Shown here in pieces: positions 26,840-39,246 of a stretch of 64,000 nt of DNA. The translations under genes and the position numbers were made by a program. Each line of letters opens with the position of its first letter. The stretch's first letter is position 1. This DNA comes from Mesotaenium endlicherianum (Eukaryota), in NCBI GenBank assembly GCA_009602735.1, contig WELA01002119.1, positions 66,196 through 130,195 of the forward strand, written 5' to 3'. Below the pieces are notes generated by a model, which had not been told where the DNA came from, did no database searches, and saw only the letters and a program-made list of their open reading frames with translations.

Positions 26840-29263
26840 ATGAGTTCGTCCTGTTTATCAGTTCAGCCTCAAGTACTAGCCGTGATTGGGCAGCTAGCTC
26901 GCGTCCGTGTAGAGAGAGGAAGAGCGTGCATGTCCCTTGTGTCATCTCGAAGATGTAGTCTACAGCTGAAGCCCAGTGTCGTGAACCAGTTTAGATATAC
27001 CAACAGGTGCAAAATATCTGTAAGCAAACGAAGAGTTCACCTTGGAGTATTTTGCTGCGAAGCCGAGCCAGAATTAGAGCTGACTGAGGAAAACATAGAA
27101 CAAGCCCTCTTGGACGCACGTAAGGAGGTAATTACCAGTAGGCATGATCATTTCCCTACTTCTGCAATCTCCCTCGTGCATACTCTCTTGTATCAGCATG
27201 AAGCTAGTCCTTCAGCAGATTCTCTTGGCTCTAAGCTACTTCTCGTACATGCCTACACTTTGAGCGTACTAAGTGCTGAATTTTACTGTTTGTACCTGCC
27301 ACCTATATCACCAATCCACAAGAACAAGGACATCCTTCTTGGTCGAGAAAGATATCATTCAATCTACGAACCTGAAACCGTTTGCTTCTGCCGTCTACAC
27401 TTCCGGGCAGCTTATCCCATTACTAGCACTCTTGTAGCTAAATTTTCTCCTTAGCTGTCTTGCTCTCGACCTGAACACTGACCTAAAGCACACTCACGAA
27501 CCTTACTGGCTTACTACCACGGGGACTGAGAAGCAGTGCTGCCATGTGCATCTTCACTTGTGCAGTTGCTGCAGCTGTTTGACGAATCAGTGGGCATGAC
27601 AGGTCTGTACACAACGCACTGCCCTTGTCATCACCATCACACTTTTGTTTCTCCAGGCACTTGAGCCTCGCACCTTGAGGAGTGGATGAAGATTTTTTGG
27701 TTTGGTCCCCTTCTACTGGAGGTGCTTCGCACAGTAGCCACCTGTCATGCATGCATCTGTTGGGCCCTTCTGGCTTTGGGCTTTGGGGACGGGGCATGGG
27801 TCTGCAGGTTGGCAGTGAAATTTGCGTACTTTGAGCTCACAAAGTACAACCTCCTGAAGTCAGGCCCCAATGGCGCAACTCAGTAATCAGTGACTCGTCT
27901 GCTGGCAAAGTCTCAGTTGGCAGAACTCCGAGACTTAGGTTGTCCTCAAAGCAAGCAGGGAATGAGGGCAAGGAGAGACCTCCCTGAGCCGAAGAGTCAG
28001 CCGAGTGAGGTCGTGGCGTGAGATTTTGGTTACAGCTTTTATCACTGAAATCCTTCGACTGTTCGAATTTGTTGTTATCTCTTTGCGTAAGGTAGGTACT
28101 GCTGAGCTGGCGGACTTAGACGGGCCGTTTGTGAAGATCAGGCTAAAAGGGAGGTTCTGGCATGAGCGTGCCCTCGTGGTTGCTCGCCTCGGAAACTATC
28201 TTCAGAAAAGAATACCCGTGAGAACAAGCTGCCCCCCATCACTTCCCCACTCCCCACCAAGCTCCCCCCGCTGCTCCCCAGAAAAAGCCCAGGCTCTCTC
28301 TCCCTCCCTTCCCCCCTCCCACCCCATTCCCTTGCCCATACTTTTTGTGCGTGTAGACCATGCCTGTACACATTAAAAGTATGTTGTACCGTCTGCTTGT
28401 TCTTTTTGTGCTCAACTCTCAAACATCCGGCTTACCTTTGTCACCTTTGGTACACGGGACAAAAGGGACCACAGCTCTCCGGGGTCCGCTACTCCGGGGA
28501 CCACAGCTCTCCAGGTTGCATGTCTTCTCTTGCAAAATAATAGCGAGGTGGCCGCTTGTTCCTGTCAGCTCCACGACGTCTAAACTGTCAAGCTAGATAG
28601 ATGGCTGGCTGCCCCCCCTGCAGACCTGAGCTTTCGCCTGAGCACTGCTGAGTCTTCCTGTGCCCCAAGGTCCTCCGCACGCTGCGCAGCTGATGGCCCG
28701 CTGGTGAATGCACCAGTGGTGCTCGGCCCTTTGCATGTCTTCATACTGGTCGAAGGTTCTCAGCCAAAGCCAGGCGTGCTGTCCAGAAAAATGAAGAACC
28801 AGCCTCCAGGCTTGCTGGAGGTGGTGGCCGGAAGGATGCGCGCGCAATACAAGGCCTGGGCTGATCGCCCGTACCCATGCCACCTGGCTCAATGACGTGT
28901 CTTCTTCATCTGAGGCTTTCAAACACTGGCGCTTTTGTACAAACCTTCGGGCCAAAGGAGCAAGACTGCTACGTTCAGTGCAAGCTGCAGCAGCCGCAAG
29001 CGGTAGGGCTGAGGGGAGCAGGCCAGAAGAACCTTGAACAGGCCAAAGCATTTCAAGGCACAGCCCAGCGGGGCTTCCTTCAGGGGGGGCTGAGCTAGGA
29101 GAAACATGCGCATGCACTGCTTCGAAGGCAGCAGTAGTCTATCTCTTCCTTGGCAGTTCCTGCATGCTCTTGAACGTGGGACTGGACCTGGTGTGTGCAG
29201 GAGATTGTGGAAGTTGAGATTGAGGACATCAGTCAGCTGGACGACAGCGCAGCTAATTTCTAG
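26840..29263 (+). CDS. Probably plastid-targeted small protein with a degenerate NFU/NifU-like domain (no CxxC), 169 aa
   Basis: Exons 26840-27127, 27566-27602, 28096-28217 and 29201-29263, phases consistent. A Ser/Arg-rich, acid-poor N-terminus (transit-peptide-like) is followed by ELELTEENIEQALLDARKELLQLFDESVGMTGTAELADLDGPFVKIRLKGRFWHERALVVARLGNYLQKRIPEIVEVEIEDISQLDDSAANF*. This resembles the Cys-less second domain of plastid NFU proteins. Confidence 0.85.
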
Positions 29264-29285
29264 CTGCAAATCCCCTCCTCTTGCC

Positions 29286-29629
<344 letters not shown>

Positions 29630-30712
29630 TTTTTCCTCCCCTCTCCCTCCTTTCCCTCCGAAACATAAGTTCGTGTCTCCCTTCTGCAAAGTTATATGTC
29701 TATGATGGGTGTTGACTCGGCACTGGTGTATGAGTAGCACTCTCATTTATTGAAGCGATGTACAAGTGACAGCTGGGAACAGGAGGCATGCTGGTCTGTT
29801 GCAGGAAGTCAAGGTTGTCATTTACTGGCTTGGTGCCCCTCTCTCGTTGTGCTGCCTGCATGCTTCTTCAAGCAAATGGGCCTTATACTGGAACTTGTGC
29901 ATAACAGTGGGCATTGTGCCAATGAAAAGCTGGAGTCTACAAGCTAGGTTATTGATTGTTATATAATCATGTTGATTCTGCTGTTTGCCCGTATCCAACA
30001 TTCACTTGAAAAGGGACCAGCTTCGCGCAGCTCTGGAGTAGTAATGCGCTCACTGACAAAATTATGCCCCTGAGGTGCTGCGGTGTTGCCAAATGTGCAT
30101 ATGTCCATCTGGTTGGCTAGGAGTATTTGCCCAGTAGTCCCATCAGCTGTGGGTACATTTCACCAGAACATTTTCAGCTTATTACAACCTTCAAGTCTAC
30201 GTATGTGGGTTTGGCTCATAGCGCTAAACTTTTGGAGTATCCAGTTCAATTATCCCCCCAGAAAGATCCGTGCAATACTCTCACTTATGTTGCGAAAAGC
30301 AGTAATGAATAAGAAAATGTTGGCTGCAGAGGATAGAGAGCTCTGACAAGTGCACAATATAGTCTACTGTCTGCGCTACATTGCAGAGATTTTTGAGTTG
30401 AAAAATGCAAGACAAAGTTCCCGCCCTGTTGGCATATTCTCATGCAGGCCACATGACACACAAGTGATGCAACAAAGTCTTTAAGGATGTGCTCCGAGGT
30501 TTATTTCTCATGCAGAACAAGGCAAATGCCCCGCCATGTCTACATAGAGCTTGTAGACACATGTCAGCAGCTTCTACACATCAGCATAACCTGCAGGCTA
30601 AAAATTGATATACACCACACCATCTGCTTCAAACAGACAAGCGGTAGCTAACTTCTTCCCAGCTCTCCACGACACAACTAAGTCACCTAAACTGACCCAC
30701 AAGGCACCCAGC

Positions 30713-32968
30713 CTAAATCATGCTGACTATTTGCGCCCTCCTAGGAATCCTGGCAGACCTTTTCGTCGGCCCCTTCCCATTCACTCTCTGTATGCTTGGC
30801 CGCGACCTTGATCCTCCCGCGCCGTGCAAGCTCTCAGCCTCCAGCTTCACGACGCGCGCATTTGCCGCCTTAAGCTGCTTCTTATCGATGGGGCCGGGCT
30901 TCACTCCCACCTTGAGGGCGCTCCCCCGGGGGGTGGCAGAGGGGGGCGTTCGCAGCACCACAGGTGGCACCGGGCCGTTCTTCTGGAACTCCAGGTTGTC
31001 CTTTAGGGAGAATCGCACCTTCTTCTTCTTCCGCTTGGGCGGCTCGCTTTGGCTGCCCCTGAGCAGGCCCGCCGCCTTCTTCGACGTGACCCCCGGCGAC
31101 GCCCCCGCATCCCCGTCCGACGCGGCCGACATAGGGCTCCCCATCACCCCCCCTCCACCACCAGAGCTCTTCATTGGCGTCAATGGTTGCTCTGAGCTGC
31201 CGGCGCCATGGCCACCTTTCTGCTTCTTCGCCAGTGGGGCAGCCACTGCCTCCCCAGCCTGGAGCGCCTCTAGAGTTGGCGCAGTCCCCCCTCCCTCTTT
31301 GTGGCCTTGCTCTGCAGCAGCCTTCTTCCCCCCCTTGGCCTTCTTATTCTTCGCCACAGCCCCCACAGCCTCTGGCCCCGCATCTGCCTGTGCAGAGTGA
31401 GGATGAGTCAGCAGCGTGGTCTCCCCAACAAACGCCGGCGTCTCCCCGTGAGGACCCATGTGCGGGGGGGGCTGCGTCTCGACCACCTTGCCCCCCTGTT
31501 TCCTCTGCCGAGTGCGGGAGGCGGGGGGGCTGGCAGCCAACGCCGCCAGCTGTGCAACCGTTGGCGCTTTTCTCTTCCGGGGCGCAGCTGCTGGCGTTCC
31601 TCCGGGCCCCACCGACTCAAACAGCTGATCCAAGTTGCCCGTCAGAGGCTCCTCGTCAGCAGGCTCCTCTGCAGGCTCGTGTTCCTTCGCATTTGCAAGG
31701 AGGTTTAGGCTGTCTTTCTCTGCAGCACCTTGCAACTTGCTCTTCTTTGCCTTCTTCCTGCTATCAGCACTGCCTGCTTCTGCTGGCACCTCCTGGCTGA
31801 CCTCTTTGACCTTCTTCAGCTTCACCTGCTTGACCTTTTTGCCATCCTCCTCGATCCCAGTCCCTTTCAAGTCTGCCTTCCTCTTCTTCTTCCCTGAGCC
31901 TTTCTCCTCAGCATCGGCGTGCCCTACCCCTTCTTTGGCAGATGCTGAAGCTTCACCACTTGGGGCAGCTGCAGAAGGATCTGCTGCCACACCATTCTGC
32001 AGCCCATTCGCACCATGTGCATCCCCTTTCAGCCTCGGCCACTTGTCACTCGCTCCTTTAGCGCAGCCTGCCTTCTTAAACCGCTCATGTACCTCGTAGA
32101 GAACCACACGATTTCTGCCTGCAATGCCCGACATTGTTGCCAAATCAAAGAGCTTCTCGTCCAAAGCAGCAAAGTCTGCTTCAAGTGCCCAAGGGGGGAG
32201 GCTTTGCTTGACCTCTGACACACTGTTGCCCACTTTCTCCTCACTTCGGCCTGCCTTAGCAACTACAGCGTCCTGCCTCAGTCCCAAAAGTGTGTGAAAG
32301 ACACCTTCCTGAACCCTCCTGAGAAGGGATTTATCTGGCGTCCTGGCAAGAGTGTCTGCAAAGGGCTCAAACAGCTCGGGGATTTTGTTTGCGGGCACTG
32401 AGGGGCACCTCTGCAACTCCTGTAGGTATATGTCTGCTAGATGGAGGTTGATGCCCATTGCTGCATGGTTATCACTAGACATCAGGGTGCCGTCCTTGAA
32501 ACACTTCATAAACTGCTGGATGAGACTATCGTCGAATTTGTGCTTTGCTAATGTTGAGAAGGCGGAGGCCACGAACTTCCTGACCAGAACGTAGAATTTG
32601 TCCATCCGCAGCCTATCAATGCCGGCCCACTCCCTTCTCATTGTAAGCAGAAAGACTCTGAAGAAGAGTACTCCATTAGCAGGAGCTAGAGCCTCCACGA
32701 TTCCTGCTAACGACGTGGCGAGATCTGCCTGGACAGGGGCCTTGTCAGAGTGCCACATGCAGTAGAAAAGTCCTTTCCATATCTTTTTCAAGTCTTCCTC
32801 TTGGACCTCGGCCTTGCCCGTTAACCAACGGATGAGCACTGAAACGCCTCGATCTCTAGTTCTCTTATCAACTGATGCCAACATTTTGACGAAATTGCCA
32901 TTACTATAGCTGTTTGAGGAAGATGTGTTACCACCTTTTTGTCCAGAGACCGAAGACAAGCCCGCCAT
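30713..32968 (-). CDS. RRP1: Ribosomal RNA processing protein 1 (Nop52/RRP1 family), intronless, 751 aa
   Basis: Single ORF; the first ATG is at 32968 (the track start at 33007 is TTG). Nop52-domain motifs LASVDKRTRDRG, KKIWKGLFYCMWHSDKAPVQ and MRREWAGIDRLRMDKFYVLVR. Lys-rich linker and C-terminal KKVRFSLKDN..PP..LRTPPSATPRGSALK. Confidence 0.92.
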   Translation of the reverse strand: MAGLSSVSGQKGGNTSSSNSYSNGNFVKMLASVDKRTRDRGVSVLIRWLTGKAEVQEEDLKKIWKGLFYCMWHSDKAPVQADLATSLAGIVEALAPANGVLFFRVFLLTMRREWAGIDRLRMDKFYVLVRKFVASAFSTLAKHKFDDSLIQQFMKCFKDGTLMSSDNHAAMGINLHLADIYLQELQRCPSVPANKIPELFEPFADTLARTPDKSLLRRVQEGVFHTLLGLRQDAVVAKAGRSEEKVGNSVSEVKQSLPPWALEADFAALDEKLFDLATMSGIAGRNRVVLYEVHERFKKAGCAKGASDKWPRLKGDAHGANGLQNGVAADPSAAAPSGEASASAKEGVGHADAEEKGSGKKKRKADLKGTGIEEDGKKVKQVKLKKVKEVSQEVPAEAGSADSRKKAKKSKLQGAAEKDSLNLLANAKEHEPAEEPADEEPLTGNLDQLFESVGPGGTPAAAPRKRKAPTVAQLAALAASPPASRTRQRKQGGKVVETQPPPHMGPHGETPAFVGETTLLTHPHSAQADAGPEAVGAVAKNKKAKGGKKAAAEQGHKEGGGTAPTLEALQAGEAVAAPLAKKQKGGHGAGSSEQPLTPMKSSGGGGGVMGSPMSAASDGDAGASPGVTSKKAAGLLRGSQSEPPKRKKKKVRFSLKDNLEFQKNGPVPPVVLRTPPSATPRGSALKVGVKPGPIDKKQLKAANARVVKLEAESLHGAGGSRSRPSIQRVNGKGPTKRSARIPRRAQIVSMI

Positions 32969-34114
32969 ATTGCACGTATTAATTAGTCCTTCGCAACAGC
33001 TGCTCAACTCCTTTCTATTCCCCTCAAATTCTCAAAAGAACCTCAAAATTCGTCAAAAGCCGAACGTATATCCACTATCCATGGCATTCACTTCACAAGT
33101 CAGCGGAAGGGCGCCTTAAACGATCCGTGCAAAAAGCTTCAGACAAACACGCAAAATGTTCGACCCACTGCATGCGACGCCAACAGGGTAGGCTTGCAAC
33201 TCTTATTTGACTCCTTACAGTTTCCTCCTCATCAGCACCAAGCAAATATTACAAGCAATGGACAATGACGAGGGGGAGAATCGTCATTGTAAGTCGCCGA
33301 CGGCTGCTAGTGCTGCATTGCTCCTCTGCGTTCCTCGAGGAAGCCCACTTGTCGGCCAATTTGAATTTGTAGGCATGCGGCATTTCTTTTTGAATGATGT
33401 ACCCAATGGTACTAGAGAGGCCGACTGCATGTAGTGTGAGGATTCGGACGTACATATATGGTCTATATGTAGAAAATGTCGTATTAAATGTTAAGTTGAC
33501 CCAAATTTGACCAGTGTCTATGTGAGCCAGTATGAGCTCACAGTTGAAAGTCAATAACGTACGATTGGCTCCCTTTTCGCTTTCCCAGCATTTCCCAGGC
33601 CCACCCAGGCCCGCATGCTCGGCCAATTTACAGTTGCGGTGCTCTGTTGGTCAATGTTGGATGCAAAGAGAGCAAACATATTCAAATGCAAGGGGTCCAG
33701 AAACTCGTCTTACACGTAAGAAACGACTTCTCAGCAAAGCTCTCGCTATATTTTGTCCTTCTTGCGCTTCTGCGGTCTTATCCTGGTTTCGGGAGAACTA
33801 AGTCTCAGCTCGGGACTGATGGTTTCTCGATCATAGGTATGCCTCTTTCTGATTTGAGTAAGTCTCGCATTTCCATACTTGCAAAAGAAGTGACTACCTT
33901 CCATCTTAGTTATCCTAAGAGGTTCAGGTTGCGCCTCCTGAAAATATCTCTGGACATGCACGGGCTGAAACGAATCTATGGTTTTTTATTGCATGCTTGG
34001 AGTAACTGCTTGTATGCAACTTGAATACGTTGTAGAGCATCTTAAAGCAGTGGTCGGTGTCTGAAATGTTTGCAGACTTGTAATCGTCTTGTACTTACAA
34101 CTTTTTTGGTCTTT

Positions 34115-34179
34115 GCATCATAAGATGTATACTTCAGCGTTCAGATGGGCATCATATGATGTATACTTCAGCGTTCAGA
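34115..34179. repeat. Short direct repeat: two copies of 31 nt (period 34, one mismatch) in the RRP1/FG-GAP divergent intergenic region
   Basis: gcatcata(a/t)gatgtatacttcagcgttcaga begins at 34115 and at 34149. Confidence 0.85.
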
Positions 34180-34440
34180 CGAAGGACTGTGGCTGGGTTC
34201 TCTTTCCTTTAAAAACTTTGTTATGACATTACATCCCATCACAATCTGTGCACAATAAATTCTAATGTGTTTGTTGATCTAGAACCACGATTCTTTAATG
34301 ACAGGGTTACGTGTTCTTGGCCGTTGGTTCAAATGCAAGCAACCCACTTGGGCTGTCCAAGTCGGTACTTCGCAAGCTTAAATTGCGCCTTTTTCATGCA
34401 GTATAAGCTCCCGGCTGGGAAGCTCTGAATCTGTCTCAAT

Positions 34441-37400
34441 ATGAGGAAGCGCGACTTAGGAATTCTTCTCATCTCGGCTTTCTCCATCTTCTTGACACTT
34501 CAGGTTGTCCTCTTCCCCTGTGCCGACATACGTGAGCTTTCTTACTTTGGTACTTGTAGGCTGCATTATGAGGTAGCCATGTCTAGATAGGGCATGCATG
34601 TTGCTTTGAATGTAAGACACTGTTTGTCCATACTACTGACTTGCCAAAGCTGGACCAGACCTGAAAACAAACCATACGCTTATTGGTGCCCTCAGGATTT
34701 GAGGGTGATTGGGTCACAACCCGAAATGATGTGCCCAGATCACTTCAAGCCTGGTACCGGTAGCCAGGGAGCAAGGTGCTCCCCTAAGGCCTTTTAATGA
34801 TGGTCATTGAGCACATCAAAGGATCTTCTGGTTAACTGAAGGGATAGGCTAGGCCTAGGCTCAGGTAGTGCAGCCAATACTCTGAGCACGCAGTGCATTA
34901 CAGGCGGGGGAGGCCACGTAAAACCCTTGTGGCGATGGGCATATTGGGAGGTGATTAGCTATGATGGCATTTGAAGGTGGCAATGGGTTACTTGATGCAT
35001 GTCTGGTGGGTCGCTGGCAGACTGCCCCGCCGGGCTGGTCAGACAACCTGGTGACGTAGCAGTGACGACACATCTCGTTCTTTGAACTCAAGCAGGGGCT
35101 TGATTAAGTGTTGTGCAGGCTCTTTCTAGGACCTCTTGCATTTTTTTCTCTCAATGTCTAGTGAAGTGCACAGATGAACTCATAGTAACATCCATAAGCA
35201 TCCATTTCTGAATAGAAGTGGAGGGGATAGGGGTTTACTGTGGTACATGTTGGCTCCTCCGTTTGGTGTATGTAACTTCACGTGTTGTCCCCCCGGGCTG
35301 AAGACCCAAACTGGCGCTGGAAACTTGCCGGGCTCTCTAATTGCTTCTTTACGTGAGGCACATTGGGGGAGGGAGATCACAGTTGAATGACCCTGTTGAT
35401 TGAAATACAACGCCAGGATAGGGTCATCATGTGAAAGTCACGACAGAAGTGTTGTTTGTTTTGAAGTAGCAGCTATCCTCGTTCCCAGCAGATCGTCCGC
35501 ACGCGTGCTCTACTTTCCAACTCAGGACCTGTGCACCCTCTCCCAGCTCGCATTCAGCCCCCCTCTCGCTTCAGGCTTCAGGCTTGTTGCTCATTGCGAC
35601 GGTGGCTTCGGTTTGCGCTCGTCGTGGTGGTGGTGTTGGCTCTGGTGCTGGTGGTGATGCAGCACAAGGGCAGCGTGAGCTTCAGAGAGGCGTGGATCTT
35701 TCCCATTGAGGAGTCGTTCCTCCACCACGAGGTCACCCACGTGCCGCCACCTGTCGTCATTGACCTCAACGGGGATGGCCGCCCGGAGGTCATCTTTGTT
35801 ACTCGAGAGGCCCAGCTCCAGGTCAGCGCTCTGCCGCCCTGCACGCGCTCCCTTCCCTCCGCTCTTCTTCAAGGCGGAGTGAAGTAGACGGAGTTTCTGT
35901 CTGCCAACTGCCCTGCTGCGCGTACACAAGAAATAATTTACCCCTTCTCTGCGCGTAGCTGGTATGCCTGCTGAAAACTTGATTCAATTGTTAATTTCTA
36001 TCTTTCTTTCTTTCTGGGGTCTGAGACATTGGCTGTGTGTGGATCTCGAGAAGGCGCCATGGCGGGTGGACTTTCCATTCCTGTTTTGGAAACTGCATGG
36101 GTGTTGCCTTGATCAAACATGGTCCTCCCAAGTCTGTCCCTTATCCACCCAGTCAGGGGGGCTCACCTTTCTGCTTCAGCGCATCTCGCCTTGCACGAAG
36201 TCAACATCTGAGCTTGCTTGCTCTCTTCTTCTCCTTCTCTTCCTCCTCTCACTTCATGGCGCTGATATGTACGCAAGCAAGTCCTGTTGGCGAGCTTGCT
36301 GAGCTCGTTGAGCTGGCTCCCTATGGCAGCTGCGAGCACTGCAGGTGAAGCGCATCTGACTTTGGACGGGCGGCGAGCGATTGTGCTGCGCGCTTGCATC
36401 CTGGAACAGGTCATAGAACCGGAGCGGGCGGTGTCGGAGGGAGATGGGTTCAGAGAGAGCCGCCTGCTCGCTGAGGTGGCGCTGGCGCCCACGCGCGTGC
36501 GCGTCTCCACAGGCCGCTATCCTGTCGCGCTCGCAGCAGGACACCTGGAGGCTCCAGGCAGCGGCAAGCGGGCCAAGACGAGGAAGGCGGTGATCGTGGT
36601 GGTGACTACCGGCTGGTCCATCCTGTGCTTTGACCACAACCTGAAGCTCCTGTGGGAGAACAACGTGCAGGTGTGAATTCGATATCCCCCCCGCCCCCCA
36701 AAATGGGGCCCTTTTTACTTCTTGCTCCATGTTTGTCCCGCCTTCAGTCGGGCACACAGACTTATTTGTACGCATTCAATGTGCGATGACGGCACCGTGA
36801 CTCTTGCCCTCAAAGGGCGGCACCGAAGGCTACGACTCTTTCCGCGTGGAGGTTAGGGTGAAGAGCAAAGTGCAAGATGCGAGAAGCAATATGCAAACTT
36901 TCAATCCCAATGCTCATGCCATTCACCCGCTCATTGTAAGAGTATATCGCGGCTGCTTGCGCAGTGGAGCCCATTTTGCCTGAAGCGCTGCATGCAGCCT
37001 GCACAGTCTTGCCCGTCTGAATCATACCACCAACGGTGCTTCTTGTGACGCTCTGTTGCATGCTGCCCCCAGAGCTTCTACTCAGGCTGGGGTGAGGTGG
37101 GCTAGGCTAGGCTAGTCCGGGGCTAGGGAAGTCTACTCGTTTAGCCTAGGCTTGTCTAGGCTATGCTGGAACATAAGTCATCTGGGAACGTGCGCTTAGC
37201 TCCCTGCTAAGCCTCTGCGCCTGCAGTGCCTTCTCCTTCTCCTTCTCCTTCGTCTTCGTCTCCTTGTCCTTCTTCTTCTTCTTCTTCTTCTTCCTTCTGC
37301 TCTCCTTCTGCTCTCCTTCTCCCTACTTGCTCTTCTTCAATTCTTGTATTCAGCGCAAGTCCTACGCGAAAAGAACACAACGAATGACACTGTGTGGATG

Positions 37401-39214
37401 CCTCCTCGTCGTCTCCCTGCGCAGGAGGACTTCCCCCACGGCGCGCGCCACAAGGAGGTGTCGGTGCTGATTAGCAACCAGACCATGCGACATGGCGACA
37501 CCGGGGTGGTCATTGTGGGCGGCAGCATGGAGATCCAGCCCCAGGTCCCACACCCGACCGCGTGGAGCTTCGTTGTCTCCTGTTTTGAATAGAGTTAGAA
37601 GTTGGCGGAGACGCATGCACACGCGTCCAGATGTCTCGCAACCAAATGCGCACCCTCACGCGAGGCCCTTTTCTCTTTTGAAGGTGCCTGGGGAGGGAGC
37701 AGCTGGTCTCAGCTGAACCCTTTGGCTATCAGATTGTATGACGTACCGCTATTCTAATTATATTATTCTTATAATTTTATTATGTGTGGAAGATCTCACC
37801 TTTTGCCCGGCATGGAGGCTGCAGGTCATGGACCCCCTGGAGGAGGAGGAGGAAATGCTGCAGGGCATCGAGAGGCACCGCCACTCCGCCGGCAAGACAG
37901 ATGTCAGTAGCCTAGCCCACGCGCACGCCCACGCCCCTTGCCTTTCCTGCACTTCCCCGACCTCCCTCCTCCTCCCTGGGCTGCTCCGAGCTAGACCATC
38001 CTCTGGTCACATCCCATTCCCCACTCTGGCGTGGACCGCAGGGGGGGCGGGGGGGGGGGGGCAGGGCAGCAGCATTGCCTTTGCCCATGCTGCCTCAGGC
38101 AGCAGCTTGGTCGTCCTCGCTCCGGCAGCTGCTGCCGCTGCTGCTGCCCTGGGATCGTTCCCTGCTCCTCCTGCTGCTGCTGCTGCTGAACTTGCTCCCT
38201 CTCCTCTGGCGGTCGGTTTGCTCACTTTTGCCCTGTAATTGAGTTTCCTGCCAAACCCCCTCCCCAGTCAGTCCATGGGATGGCAACAGATGGCATCATT
38301 GAGCCCTTCCTTGTGGAGCTGGGGTGCTGTGGTGCCTGGGTGTAACAGGAACCAGCTCGACGTGCGTGCTTGCTCTGTGTGAGTCTGACTCCTTTGCGCG
38401 CCCCTGGCTGCGGCTGGCCTCTGCTGCCCGCGTGCTTGTACCTGGCAGGAGCTGGAGGATGTTACAGGTGGCGCTGCGGGGATGAAGGAGCGCCACTTCT
38501 CGTACTATGCTTATGCGGGCAAGTCGGGCGTGCTGCGCTGGAAGCACGACAGCAAGGTGGGCTGACTGACCCCCTGTGACACGCTCGCCTGCCACATCAG
38601 GGCTGCCTTCTCGGCATACACAAGGGCCGCTCTGTCTGAGCTCAAGGGGTTTAGGGTTAGGCAGCTCCAGCTGCGGAGCCCAGCACATATGCACATGCAT
38701 GTACTCTCCGCTTGGAGCAAGCGTGTGAAATGTGCATTGATGTGAAAGGATGAGGTTGGAAGTTTAGAAAGTACAAGTGGCTGTAAGAAACGGGTGTGCC
38801 TGACCTCGCGGCCGAGTCCTGCGCAAAGTGCTGCTCTTCACGCCCAACAGCAGAAAGCTGGGGGGACCTTGCCGTGGAGAGGAGCTGTTCACATTTGACC
38901 AGGACTGTGCGAGCTGTGCAATTTGGCTCTGTGCTGATTTTTACATTCGCACTGTGCTGGGGCGTGAGTGTGTCTGGCCGGGCCTGCAGGACTTCCACAG
39001 GGACGCGTCGGCGCTGAGCGAGCAGCTGCTGCCCCAACACAATTACAAGCTGGACGCCAACGCGCTCTCCTCTCGCCACTACGGCGAAGTACGCCTCCTC
39101 CTCTTCCTGCTGCTGCTCCTCCTTCTGCTGCTCCTGGTGCTCCCGCTTTGTGCTGGCTGCTCCTCCTCCTGCTGCTGCTGCTCTTGCTGCTGCTGCTGCT
39201 GTTGCTGCTGTTGC

Positions 39215-39246
<32 letters not shown>

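Noticed and set aside
28465..28512. 16-nt direct repeat GGGACCACAGCTCTCC, two copies
   Set aside because: Two copies inside an intron; most likely a local slippage duplication, not an array.
32969..33007. N-terminal extension of RRP1 in the ORF track
   Set aside because: It starts at TTG; the first ATG is at 32968.
38646..38661. Telomere-like GGGGTTTAGGGTTAGG
   Set aside because: Only two imperfect units inside an intron; not an interstitial telomere array.
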